A program made the translations under genes and the position numbers. A DNA stretch of 64,000 bases from Octopus vulgaris (Eukaryota), in the NCBI GenBank assembly GCA_951406725.2, contig OX597814.1, forward strand, positions 94,054,001-94,118,000. The letters are read 5' to 3'. Under the pieces are notes generated by a model. It was not told the DNA's origin, did no database searches, and was given only the letters and a program-made list of their open reading frames with translations. Below, one piece after another: positions 25,701 through 39,359 of the stretch. Numbering within the stretch: the first letter of the stretch is position 1; each line of letters begins with the position of its first letter.

Positions 25701-26419
25701 CCTTTTTTCCTGGTGTTATTTCCTTTATTGTTATTGCTTAGCACAATTGTTTGGGAACTGGTATAGTTTTGAATATTTTATTATGTGTCAATCCATTATA
25801 AATTCTGATATTTCACACATTTTTTAAAAATTAATATAAACAATTCACGAGTCTAGATTATTTTCTAACATTCTTTTGTGCTTCTATTTATTGTGCTAAA
25901 TTTTCTGGAAATTGGTTCACCTGTAAATAATAAGAGTTAACAATTTTTTTATTTCTTTCTCTCTATCTCTTTTGCTATCTATCTATTTGTCTGTTCGTCT
26001 ATATGTCTGTCTCTATCTATCTATCTATCTCTTTATCTATCTTTCTATCTGCCCGTGTATCTATCTGTCTGTCTATGTATGTATTTGTATGTATCTGTCG
26101 ATCTGTCTTTCTATATATCTGTCTAGCTATTTGTATGTTACTCGTCTGCCTATATATCAGTCTGTCTGTCTATCTATTTGTCTATCTAGAAGATGACACT
26201 TGCTTACATCAACGCTTTAAACATTCTTTTTAACTTTAAAATAAAATCACCAAATCTCTTGTGTCATAGTAAGTCAAACACATTTCACCGTAAAGTAATA
26301 TATTATCAGTATTCATCGTGGTGCTCCAGCATGACCATACTCCAATGACTGAAACTAGTAAACGAATAAAAGGAAAAAAGGGAATATGTCCAATTACGTT
26401 TCAAAGTTGTTTCTCAGTT

Positions 26420-26934
26420 AAGATTATGTCGATAAATATTTCTAGCATAGTGAGTCTCTGTCTTCTATTATTACTCTTTTAAGAGTTTTGAAAACTCACA
26501 TGGCCACCTAAATGTCAAAAATGAATTTTGGAAGGCTAGGCGTTTAAGAAAATCATGATCTCTCTTAAAAATACAATATCTGAAGCAAAGACATTGCTTA
26601 TGTTCTAAGGATTTAAAACCCGATTTTTCTGGATCAAAATATGAACACGACATTGATTAGGAGTGAACAGAAATATAAACGATGATGCACCAGATTCAAT
26701 ATAATTCCTCTCTATAGGTCTTCACTTTCTTTTGTAATTTCAATAAAAAAATTGACATAGAAAATACATATCTAAAAAATAAGTACATACTAGATGACTC
26801 ACCATAAGAAAATATGCATAACAAATTATGGCGCACAATCAGCAAATGTTTGTTTTTTTCTTCTTTTCCACTTTGTTTGTAAGCCGACATTTCTTTAAAA
26901 GAGACACGGAACTATAAAAGTTTGAGAATCACTG
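26420..26934 (-). mobile_element. hAT (Buster/Charlie-like) remnant
   Basis: Terminus cagtgattctcaaactttt; LKRLAFQNSFLTFRWPCEFSKL resembles the hAT C-terminal dimerisation domain. Confidence 0.5.
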
Positions 26935-29859
26935 TTGTAACCAATAGTCATAGTGCGTATGAGAATTTCACTCGGCTGGTTGTGACTTTGGCTAAAATTA
27001 TACCGACAAAGTATGCGTAGCAGTGAAGAGTGTAGTACTTATAATGATTACCTTGTTCAGTGATATTGACAACAAAATCAAAGTCGGAAGTTCAAAGTAA
27101 ATCACTGACATAAGTTAAATGTTTCATATTTGACTGTGCAACACGTTAAGCTGTTTCAGGTATCTTATATTTTTATTAAAGTCTTCATATATGATTAATG
27201 TCAATGCCTTATCAATAACTACTGATTAGACCTTCAATTTAGTTAATTTCATGCAATTACTATGGAACACGCATAATTAGTTTTTGTAGTAGGAGCAATT
27301 TGTCATTACAGATTAATGTGGAAAATACATGCATGTAACTATAGAATAAAAACATCGCAGGAGAACGTTTAATAACAAAGAAACTATCGACCCATTGAAC
27401 AATGGCCTTGATAACAGCAGAAGAAAATTAATCAGAGTGTCTAATACTGAATAAAAGTTTAAAAAATGTTTTTAAACTTGTCTTTGCAAATAGCATTTCC
27501 CTCCATTCCAAGTGAAGTTATCCTGAGAAAGAAAAAGTATGAGTTTAGCCTTAGGTGAAGTCTGATAGAATAGATCTATGGTCAATGCCATTTCTACTGC
27601 GACCGACCCTAGATTTTAGTATATCTAAGAGTACTTTATTTAATGTATCCATATCATTTTTTAAGATCATAAAGAATGATTTGATAGAATTTGGCTGATA
27701 TTTAGTCGGTTATGACTAAAAAATAAGATTTTTTTGTAGCTTTATATCTTGAATTCCACACTGCATTTCCTTTTTCATCATCGACCTAATTGATACCAAC
27801 AATATATCAGGGTATATTCGGTCGCCTATGTTTCGTCCATACAAAAATAGCCTATGTACCTAAGCCAGCTACCTTTATCCTCATTAAGGCAACACATTTC
27901 TTCGGTTGAGAAATTTCTCAAGGGAATTTATGTACATTAAATTTAGTGTGGTGGAATTTGAACTTATTGACCGGGGATCCGTTCAAAATGATATTATAAT
28001 ACATGCTGTCAACAACCTACTAGATTATAGACCCCTTCCTTTACATCAACTTAGAAACTTGTAGAGTGGATAGAATTGGCCGATTGGGAGTGCCACAGGC
28101 ATAACAAAACAGTGAGAGCCAGAATCACTTTCTTCGTTAGAATAAGTAATATAGAAATTCAGTCTGTTGACGCTATAGAGCTACCATTCTTTATACTCAG
28201 CTATAGTGAAGTTTTGTTCTAGATAATAAATAGTATCAATAAGTTCAGTGATGCTATAAATCTCAATTCCTGCAATCAATTATCAAATCATGGGAACATT
28301 GAATTGTAGTAAAGTAACAAGGAAATAGAGGAATAAAATGTAAAATAATAAACATCCGAAGATTAAACTTAGATAACGATGTATAGTATAGCTAAATGTA
28401 GGAATAAATGGTTAATGCGATTGTGAGACAATGCGATTGTGAGACAATGCAATTGTTTTAATTCCAGTACAGTCTTAGGTCAGACGACTTAACAAACAAG
28501 TACATCAAAGCTCCTGGAATACTTATTTATCTTGTAATCGGAAGCAAAAGAAAAAATCAATATCTACAAACCGAAGTTAATCCCAAGAGACCTACACTTA
28601 CTTGAAAATATAGTCTAAAACTTCATGTATATTATAGCAACATTCTTGCGAATAATAAATAAGAATCTTCCTCTTATCATAGAAATATTTTGTATTTACC
28701 TTTTTTATTTCAAAACAGAAAATTTTCGACATATTATGTAAATTACTTTCTGATTAAATAAGTAAATAAAAAATCCGATGCCGTTCGACTGAATTGTATG
28801 CTTCTAGTAAATAACATAAGAATTAGTTCCTTCACATGGAACTATATAACCAATGTGTCGAGAAAAAATTCTTTGTAAAATTCTTTACATTCAATTTTCA
28901 TGTTTATTCAAATAATTTCCGAATAAAAATGAGTTTTAAAGTATAAAATCGATTTATATTTTTTACGACACTTTTTATGTAGTAACATCTGATGATAATT
29001 TTCAAATCATTGCAGGGATAATGATAAATACGACGACGGATATTCTATTCAACTGAAATTATTTTTACACGGTTCGCACATATTCCGAATCAATTCCATT
29101 ATTTACGATTCTGACAGCGCCTGTATGATTAAACCTGTTGTTGATATCTCTAGTAGTATTATCTGTAATGAGCTTTGAACAGCTAGTAAAATTCAACAGA
29201 ATGTCATGCTATGAACAACGATCAATAATCCATACGGTGAAATGCTATTCTTGAAAAACTTTACATTTTCTTGTAAGATTCTATTAGTATCTCTCTGTAT
29301 AGTTACTTTCATCTATATTCTGTCTCTTTAAACACTGAAAAGTATCAAATATATGTATTTATCATGAACGATTTTGTATCAGTAGGTTTGAGAAAAGTCA
29401 ATGAAGGGAAATGATGCAATAAGAGGCATTTCAATATATGTGTATATATACAATCATAAAACTGTAAATTACATTACATTATTTAGATACATTGCACTTA
29501 GTTTGGAGTAAAAAATCCCACTGGTATAGATACTACTTTATATTCTAGAGATAAAAATAATTAAGTGGAACCAAATGACTATATCAATATGCTGAAAATA
29601 GGTCTCTCCGAGAAAAAGAAATATACTGTTTTAAAGTGGTATATTAGGTGCTAAAAGTAAATAGCTATATAGAATACTTGTTATAAAGATATTAAGTTGC
29701 TTTGCTGCTTAATTTGAAAACACAATATTTCAAATACTTTTTGATCACGAGCATTTCTTACCTATTGTTGAATGTTAAACGTAGTTGGCTTGGTATATAA
29801 CGTTTGTTTTTTCCTTCTTAAAATAAGTTCTGGAAGATATTTCATTATACTTTTTTTTA

Positions 29860-30247
29860 CTTTTTTACTTGTTTCAGTCATTTGACTGCGGCCATGCTGG
29901 AGCACCGCCTTTTTAATCGAGCAACTCGAAACCGGGACTTATTCTTTTTGTAAGCCCAGTACTTATTCTATCGGTCTCTTTTGCCGAACCGCTAAGTAAC
30001 GGGGACATAAACACATCAGCATCGGTTGTCAAGCAATGCTAGGGGGACAAACACACACACGCATATATATATATATATATACATATATACGACGGGCTTC
30101 TTTTCAGTTTCCGTCTACTAAATCCACTCACAGGCTTTGGTCGGCCCGAGGCTATAGTAGAAGACACTTGCCCAAGGTGCCACGCAGTGGGACCGAAACC
30201 GGAACCATGTGGTTAGTAAACAAGCTACTTACCACACAGCCACTCCT
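29860..30247 (-). mobile_element. Full-length tRNA-derived SINE (family 2)
   Basis: Head aggagtggctgtgtggtaagtagc...ggtcccactgcgtggcaccttgggcaagtg; tail ggcggtgctccagcatggccgcagtcaaatgactgaaacaagtaaaa; fragments at ~13020, 16010, 26320, 63045. Confidence 0.85.
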
Positions 30248-30639
30248 AAAATCATTCACCATATAAACTAAAAATTCCCCATGATTTCTAATTCTTCCTC
30301 CGCATTCCGTTAGCGAATGTAACATATTCTAGTGTGTACACGCAGCTATAATTTCGTGGGTATGTTTTATATCTGTCCAAGTGTCTATAGAGAACGAACC
30401 TAGGGACTAATAGTTAACCATTGTAATCAACATATAATCGAAAATGTCTTGCCAGATTGTATTAGAGTCTGCAACAGGTAATATAGATGAGGAAATCATC
30501 TTCAATGCTGTTCCAAAAACCTAGTGATGTACGATATCTCTCCGGAAAATAAACACTACACATTTGCGTATATATGCACACAAACACAACCCACACGTGC
30601 ATACTCGAACACACAAGCACTACACACGCATTTCAATTC

Positions 30640-30765
30640 ACGGTTTACGTATCGCAGACACTGCTCCGGAATGTGTCAAGGGTGTCGAAGCAGTTATGTT
30701 GGACCGAGATGTTTGGCGGGTGGACTTTGTTGCTGTCGCCCGGGTTGGAACACGGGCATAAATAA
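30640..30765 (+). mobile_element. RTE-like LINE 3' tip
   Basis: ADTAPECVKGVEAVMLDRDVWRVDFVAVARVGTRA* then taaataaat; inverted copy at 32413-32505. Confidence 0.6.
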
Positions 30766-30851
30766 ATATATATATATATATGTGTGTGCGTGTATGTGTG
30801 CGTGTGTGTGTAACGATTATTATATATATGTGTGTGTATGTATATATCCAT

Positions 30852-30898
<47 letters not shown>

Positions 30899-30971
30899 CG
30901 TACACATACATGCATATAAATATATATATATATATACATATGCATAGTTATATAAACATACATACATATAT

Positions 30972-31016
<45 letters not shown>

Positions 31017-31017
<1 letters not shown>

Positions 31018-32412
31018 TAGCTGAATTACCAGGCCTTGCTCGGGTTACTGCTATTCTTATTCAGATTATAAAAAAATAAATATGAAGATATATTTTTTCT
31101 CGTAATTATTTCAAAGTATGCACATTTTAGTTTGAAATATCCAGTTTGTAATGATAATAGAATTTAGAATTGAAAATCTGTCAAACTTGAATCTTCTTAG
31201 TGTAAACAATTTTGAATGTGTAATTTTTTGTTGGTGTCCAAATGAATATATTGTAGCTGCTTCCAACTCGTGAGCAACCAACATAGAGTTGGCCGTGGGA
31301 TAAGCATGTAGTAGAGCGATGAACTGTAAGTACCTTGATACCTTGAAGGGTTGACCCTGAGATTTGTCAATTGAAATACCAAAACTTAGTTTGAGTAGAA
31401 ACTGAAGCCCTTTAAACTGAAATGGTACAACTGTAGGTATATGAGAAAATTCCGGAATAGAGTCATTTTCATCTTTCTGACTACCTGTTATGATTGTTGC
31501 CTGTAGGAAACGTGGCTTCATGGAAGTAACAGGTTCAAGTTATGCGGTGGCATCCCAGTGGGTTTAAGTGTGTTTAGAAATTCAACAGGGTATTGAACAG
31601 CCTGATCTTGATCGACTGTTGTGCGAATTGAGAGAAAAGTCATTTCTGATGTATCTGTTAACTCTTGGATTAGTTCATGATTGCGTTTATCGAACATATC
31701 ATTAGTTGGAACCAGAATAGCTCTTTCACATAACCAGTTTACATCAGAGCAAGTGACAATCACACATGCACTGACACACACATACACTCTCACATACACT
31801 CACACACACAGACGTATATTTACGTAACAAGCGCGAAAACACACACATAAGCACATACATATACACACTCATATACAAAATGTGTCGTCGTCGTATCAAT
31901 TGTCCTTTACTATCTTGTACGTAAGAAAGCGCAAACACTTCACACTCACAAACACATACTCACATGTATACAAAATGTGCCATCGTCCTCCTCGTATAAA
32001 CTGTTCTTTACTATCTCGTACGTAATGAACGTGCAAACATACACACTCTCACACATGCATACACACTCGTATACAAAATGTGACGTCATCGTAGTCGTCG
32101 TCGCGGGATGAAATGTCCTTTACTATGTCGTACGTAACAAACGCACAAACACAGACAGTGACAGACATACACACTCATATACAAAATGTGACGTCGTCGA
32201 CGTCGTCACCTTCGGAATCGTGGTAAAAAATGTCCTTTACTATAGTTAACTATAGAAAGAGTAATTAACATACATTGTTATAATGTTCTAATCCACATGA
32301 AAATAAAAAATTACATGTTGACACCCGCGAGGTTTAATACTATTACCTTGTAAAGTTTGACTTGATTTGGTCAAATCCTCATAGAAAGCAGACACGCAGA
32401 TAGACAGTCAGA
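31017..32412 (-). mobile_element. Helitron derivative with PIF1-helicase remnants and internal minisatellite
   Basis: 3' CTAG at 31017-31020 with degenerate hairpin; CERAILVPTND, QYPVEFLNTLKPTGMPPHNLNL, ISIDKSQGQ, HGQLYVGCSRVG. Confidence 0.85.
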
Positions 32413-32504
32413 CAACAAAGTCCACCCGGCAAACTTCTAGGTCCAACATTACTGCTTCGACGTCCTTGACACATTCCAGAGCAGTGTCTGCGATACGTAA
32501 ACCG

Positions 32505-32505
<1 letters not shown>
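32413..32505 (-). mobile_element. Inverted copy of the RTE-like 3' fragment
   Basis: Reverse complement of 30640-30732 with several substitutions. Confidence 0.75.
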
Positions 32506-32540
<35 letters not shown>

Positions 32541-32978
32541 GTATGTATGTATATGTATACTCATATATGTACATATAAATACGCAATTATATATATATAT
32601 GTGTGTGTGTATGTGTATGTGTATATATAGACGTACATATATGTATATATATGCATATATATATACACACATACACATATAGATTTACATATATATGTAT
32701 ATATATATGTATATATGTATGTACATATATATACCTATTATATACATTATATTATTTTTGTAATTTACTTAATCTTTACTTTTTAATTGTTATTTTGATT
32801 TTAACTTTTCTATTATATGTAATATACTAGATGGTGTAATTGAATTATTCATTTTGAATTGATAAAAGGTGTTTTTTTCTAATATTTTATATATATATAT
32901 ATTATATTGTGTGTAATTTGATTTAGTATTTCTAAATTGAATTCTTTTTCCTCGTAAGTTTGGATTATATTCCCTCAA

Positions 32979-33063
<85 letters not shown>

Positions 33064-33069
33064 TTCTTT

Positions 33070-33270
33070 TCTACTCTAGGCTCGAAATTTTGAGGAAGGG
33101 GGATAGTCGATTAGATCGAATCCAGTATGCAACTGGCACTTATTTTCTCGACATCGACAAGATGAAAAGCAAAGTCGACCTCGGCGGAATTTGAACTCAG
33201 AACGTAAGCCAGACGAAATACGGCTACGAATTTCGCCCGGCGTTCAAACGTTTCTGCCAGCTGGCCACCT
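33070..33270 (-). mobile_element. tRNA-derived SINE (family 3)
   Basis: aaagtcgacctcggcggaatttgaactcagaacgtaa...tctgccagctggcc. Confidence 0.75.
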
Positions 33271-33687
33271 TACACACATATGTACTTACATATATATGTA
33301 TGTGTTTATATATAAACTTATATATGTATATAGGTATATAGAGATACATATATGTATATAATATGTAAAATTATTAAAAGAAAATAGAGAAGAAATATAG
33401 TGGATATATGGTTAATTTTATTTGAATCCCCATACACATTATTGGACAGTTTATCAATACATGTTGAGGAACATTTTTTTCAGTATATTCGATAACACCA
33501 GTTGATATCCGGATTTTTAAAAAGTTTCTTACGAGGAAATTACATCCTCAGTATTTCAAATACATATATACAAACTTTTAATACTAACTGGTACACATAT
33601 AAATACACAGAAACACAGACACATACACGCACACTTACATGCACACACACGTACACACACATACATAATATGTATATATATAGTGAG

Positions 33688-33905
33688 AATTTACTAAAAA
33701 ACAAAAGACGAAGACGGGTATGTAAACAACAAATAGATGTTTTACTTTTACGCTCGGCACATTATAAAAGGCTTTTACGTTTCAAGCCTACGCTCTTTGA
33801 CAGAAAGGAATACAGGAATAAACAGGGAGAGAAAATAGAAAAAGGTTTAGTCCCTAGCGATCTATCATGTCGAATATATTATATATATATATATATGATA
33901 TATGA

Positions 33906-33950
<45 letters not shown>

Positions 33951-34335
33951 ATACATACATACATACACATATGTACATATATATATATATATATGTACAT
34001 ATGTGTATGTATGTATGTATGTATATATATATATATATATATCATATATATATATATATAAATATATACATATGTACATATGTGTATGTATGTATGTATA
34101 TATATATATATATCATATATATATATACATATATATATATAATATATATTCGACATGATAGATCGCTAGGGACTAAACCTTTTTCTATTTTCTCCCCCTG
34201 TTTATTCCTGTGTTCCTGTCTGTCAAACAGCCGTAGGCTTGAAACGTAAAACCCTTTTTAATATGCCGAGCGTTAAAGTAAAACATCTATTTGTTGTTTA
34301 CATACCCGTCTTCGTCTTTTGTTTTTTAGTAAATT
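33688..34335. repeat. Inverted dimer of family C (arms ~33688-33879 and ~34144-34335) around a TA-rich spacer
   Basis: Arms are near-perfect reverse complements; HHR-like motif at 33772-33807 (-) and ~34216-34251 (+). Confidence 0.9.
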
Positions 34336-34379
34336 ATATATATATATATATATTCAAACATTATCGATCGCAATAAACA

Positions 34380-34800
34380 GAGTATGTGTACTATTTACAC
34401 GCCGACTTTGCTGTGGAAGAACGTCTAGGAATGCTCCCTACATCACTCTGATTGCTAAAGGTCACCTCAGTTATTTCTCTTAGATAAATTTTGCTTAATG
34501 CAAATTAATTAGGCCATAGACGCGTTCTACTCTTTTGGTATATGTCTAAGTCTGTTGGCTGCTGGATGTAGCTAAAAACAATTGTTTTGGTAAAGAGGCC
34601 ACTTGAGACAGAATCACTTGGTCGTGTTTCTCCTCTTTGTCCCTGACAATAAGCTTGTCCATTTCAATAATGACATGTTAAATTTGGTGAATACTTGATT
34701 CTTGAACCTATCAATCCTTCTCATATGGAGATGATCTCAATGGTGACACGCATTCTAGAGGTCCATATGATTTCAGATTAACAAGAATTTATGTTTTATG
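34380..34800 (-). pseudogene. Possible decayed PLE RT fragment
   Basis: VYGLINLH resembles LYGLPKLHK; weak elsewhere. Confidence 0.3.
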
Positions 34801-35254
34801 CTATTTGAAATACCGTTATTTGTTCATGTTATTTCTAGATATGTCACTCGTCACTTTGACTTATTTCCTTAGATCTTCTCTTGTTCAATATATAAATGTG
34901 CGTTTTTTTTTTGTGTGTGTAAGTATTATATTGTTTTAAGCGGTGGGACACCATGCAGTGAAAACTATAAGCAATAGCATGTAGATTATGGGATGAAAAG
35001 CTCTTTGCTTAGAAAAAACGTCGAAGGCTACCTAGGGTGAAGAGGTATATTATATATACAAATGTAGCTTCGTGAATAATACGCAGCCTTCTTTTTTTCA
35101 CATTCAAAGTTTGTTTTCTTTTTTTTTTCAAACCAATATCGTTCATGCTATTATTTATACGTTCGAGTTACACCATTAAAGTAATATATTTCATATATCT
35201 CGATGTTTCTAAATTCTTACAATGTAAATTTCTTATAACACATATATTCATACA

Positions 35255-35624
35255 TAACCGATGCATAACCGAATAAGACTTCGTGGAGATAACACGAAAG
35301 GTTTCACTCGTATCATAAGTCATTGTCCGAAAATGTCATCCCATTATTATCTACTGATGAGACACCATGCTAGAGCAAAGACACTCTACAATGAAAGAGA
35401 ATACTGAGGCCAAAAACATAAGAACTCATTGTGTAGTGGAGACCACAAACACTCATAAAACGAAAGAATACTGAAGGAATGTTGGACCAAACTTCAATAA
35501 AATACAAAAATAAATAGCCCAAGGTCCCAATGCGTTGCATATTGAGCAAGTGTCTACTATAGCCTCGGGTCAACCAAAGCCATGTGAGTGGATTTGGTGG
35601 ACGGAAACTGAAAGAAGCCCATCG

Positions 35625-35689
<65 letters not shown>

Positions 35690-36300
35690 ATGTATGTATA
35701 TGTTTGTATGTCTGTTTTTGTCCCCCCAACATCGCTTGTCAACCGATACTGGTGTGTTTACGTCCCTGTAACTTAGCGGTTAGGCAAGATAGACCGATAG
35801 AATAAGTACTAGGCTTACAAAGAATAAGTCCTGAGGTCGATTTGTTCGACTAAAGGCGGTGCTCCAGCATGGCCGCAGTCAAATGACTGAAACAAATAAA
35901 AGAATAAAGGAATAAAAGACCAGACATAGTCATTTGTGACTGAGAAAGGAAATTACGTTCAGAAATGGAAATATGTTGCCAGTAGATTCCAAATATAGCT
36001 GAGGCTAATCTATTGAAATATTTTCAGCGACTCTACCATTTTAACAAGTTCAGATTTATATCCCTAATATTTGGCTCTAGGATACGCAACAAACAGCCTC
36101 AAAACCAATTTTGTGAAATTAATGCTCTCAAAAGCAGAAAGAAGAAAGCTAATTAGAAGAATACAGAAGAAAGACATGAATGGAATTATCAAAATATGTA
36201 AGACGTTAACAAAAGTTTAGCATATGCAGAGGTCTAGACATACAACTATATGCATGTGAATACACACATAAAACAAACCATCCAAATCTGCATATGCACT
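35255..36300 (+). mobile_element. R4/Dong-like RLE LINE 3' fragment, interrupted by a SINE
   Basis: IISHCPKMSSHYYLLMRHH.AKTLYNE (zinc-knuckle/RHD region), RPDIVICD..E.CC (PD-D/ExK nuclease), KLIRRIQKK..GIIKICKT. Confidence 0.75.
35545..35915 (+). mobile_element. SINE (family 2), 5'-truncated
   Basis: Homologous to 29860-30247. Confidence 0.85.
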
Positions 36301-37634
36301 GACTCCAAATATTCTCCACATACGCACAAACATGCACAAACACCCTGTTAATTTTGCTTCAAATTCTAAAGAAGGAGCCTTAGATTTGGGATAGAAACTC
36401 TCCAATTGGAAGAATTCTAGAAATAATGTTAAATAATAACACACATACACACACATATATACACACGCATATACATTATATATATACACACACATACACA
36501 TATATATATATATATATATATAAATATTTGTTTTGTAAGATTTTCGACGTGAAATCGTGTGTATGTAGTATATGCGTATGTAGTATATAAATAATATATA
36601 TATATAGTGATATGTTTCTGTCTTTACAACAGCCCGTTGGAGATTCACTGAATAGCGTTGTTTGGTATATGGATGTACATGTAGTGCATATCAATTAAAT
36701 CTATTATGCTAGTGTCAGAGATCAATTGGTAAGATGACAAGACTTCAAATATAAGTAAAAATAGAAACAGCATTTTGCAGCTGATTTTTGTAAAACGTTA
36801 AACGTAGTAATTATAGCTTATTAAATAGGATGGTAAGTCACATACGTACGACAGTGAGTTGGAAAACTTCGATAAACTGAGACTATCACTATTCAGTATA
36901 CTGCATACTCATAAGAGAGAAGGAAATATATATATATATATATAAAACTAGTACATGTGTATAGTAAAGCTATATAAAGCTGGAACTGTCATGCCTTACG
37001 CTATCAACAGATTTATGCACTGTCAGTCGTGTTCCACAATTTGCAACTGTAGGGAAATGGTTGGATTTAGCCTTCGAATAAAACCTCTGATGGCTTCTTA
37101 AGTGTATTCTGCATACTGAATGTTGATAATTTCAGTTTATTACATACGTGACATACCATCCAGCCATTTCACTACATTTGTCAATTGTGGAACACGACTG
37201 TTACTACACAAAAAAGGATGATTGTGTAACGCATGAAAGAACTAGTTTATTTCAATATTGTAAAATTATAAAATTGGGAAAATTGCAAATAATAAACGTG
37301 AAGATCAGAAGATTAAGTACCAATAAGCTATGTGAACGAGTAAACGTATTATATACACAAATCTTGATCTGTGAATGGAAAAAAATAGCAAACCCTTTAA
37401 TTAAAACGAAAACATATTTCATTTATTTATAAGTAGGTATTAACTGTAATAGGCTTATCTTACATAAATTTCCTCATATGCATAAACAAATTCTTGTTAG
37501 TGCATTCCCTGTTAATTTTGTAATTCATACTTTTGTACACATATCCATGAGATGGAAGTATATGTTTATTATACTTCTTTACTTTTAGTTATGAAATATT
37601 GTAAAGGTGTTACAAGTCAATGGATACAGACAGA

Positions 37635-37737
37635 CACACACACACACACGCACACAAACACTCACACTTACACACACACATATACATACACACACACACA
37701 TATATATATATACACACACATATATATATATATATAT

Positions 37738-37777
<40 letters not shown>

Positions 37778-37785
37778 ATAAATAA

Positions 37786-37862
<77 letters not shown>

Positions 37863-37867
37863 GAGAG

Positions 37868-37925
<58 letters not shown>
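37635..37925. repeat. (CA)n(TA)n(GATA)n compound microsatellite
   Basis: Direct reading. Confidence 0.95.
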
Positions 37926-37926
<1 letters not shown>

Positions 37927-39359
37927 TAAAAGTAAAAAGAGAAAAGAAAACTGAGACATATTTTGAATAGGAAGCTTTATAAAGTATCCCCTAACTTCTA
38001 CGAATGTAGATTCAATAATAATTGTTAAATAATCGAAGTTGTTCATTTACTTCTATTTACACATTTTCGAAGTACAAATTTTATTTTAAATTCAGTTTTG
38101 CTCATAAAGCAAAATCTGAATCTATGGAAACTGTTGGAAAGTGCCCTCTATCACACATACCTTAAACATACGCCGTTCACTAATGTAACTATTACCAAAC
38201 TGCTTAGAACCTTTTTACTACACTTCTACAGTATTTGTATAAAACTATCTTCGAACTGTACTTTAGTTAGTTGCGACGATTTATTTGCTAGCAACATTAC
38301 TAGGAAATCGATAAGCTATATGCTTTCTTTCATCACTATTAATGACAAAATATGTATTGTCTAATGCAGCATTTCTGTCTATTTCATTATAAATTATTTG
38401 GACAGATTTCTATACGCTTAATTAAAAAAATTGTATCTTCCCGATGTTTCCGTTTCAAAGAGTATCGCACCTCGATCAGTAATTAGTCGACTTAAAAGCT
38501 ATCGCTCACCAAAAATAGATGTGTGAAACTATTTACTGTGAATGGTAATTTAAAAGTTCAATGCATAAAGATTGGAGGTTTCAATAAATGTTTTATTTAC
38601 TGATTATGGATTTCCTATCAGAAGATTCACTGGTAGAAAATGACACGAGTACTATACATGTGTTATCATTATTTCATTATTTAAGTTTATTTATCACTTA
38701 TAACTTTTATATAATTATTTTAGCAACATTTAGCTTATTCTAGACCCATTTTAAACACTGAGCTATTAAAGCTACAGATGCTATTTAAATTGTCAGTTTA
38801 TTCATTTAGATCTTTGGTATTTGTGTCTACTCGCTTTCCTCTCCCTCCATCCCTCCTTTTCTCTTCGAATCGCATTTATGTTTTGAAGAATAAGCATTGT
38901 AATGCGCATTTAACTTACATTGTTGTTACTTGTCTTATATAGGAATTTAGTTTTAAGTTTATAGTCAAGATCAAAATCATTTTGATATTTAACCACCGAA
39001 GATTCTACTTGTTTCCTAAAATAAGTTTCGAAAATCTACCCTGCATACTGGAGGCCGAAGTTTCACTTTCAAAGGCATATACTAACCCCAGATCAAAATT
39101 ATCTATGCTAGACAATAATCTGAAACCCTGTATATGACCAGACAGTGAAGTGTACAAATTATACTTTGTTAAAGTAGTAAAAAAATCAAAGGCATCATAA
39201 AAATAATCAAAGGTATCATAAAAGTTTCTTTCAAATATGCGCAATCACAAAAATTCATCCCTGTATGAGCAGTGTATGTTAGATGAGGCAACTGACGAAC
39301 GAAAGAAGTAAGACTGTGGTATGTTGAAAGAGTTTATCAGCAAATATTAATAACAATAC

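Noticed and set aside
26950-29850. Long AT-rich stretches without clear features (also 36700-39350, 49150-54350, 61200-62000)
   Set aside because: No ORF, repeat or structure I can support; small host exons cannot be excluded without RNA-seq
35354-35360. CTGATGA heptamer
   Set aside because: It lies in R4-like coding sequence (LLMRH) with no stem II or GAAA
36605-36665. Minus-strand GAAACATATC with an upstream hairpin, HHR-like
   Set aside because: Core CUGANGA box not recognisable in this copy
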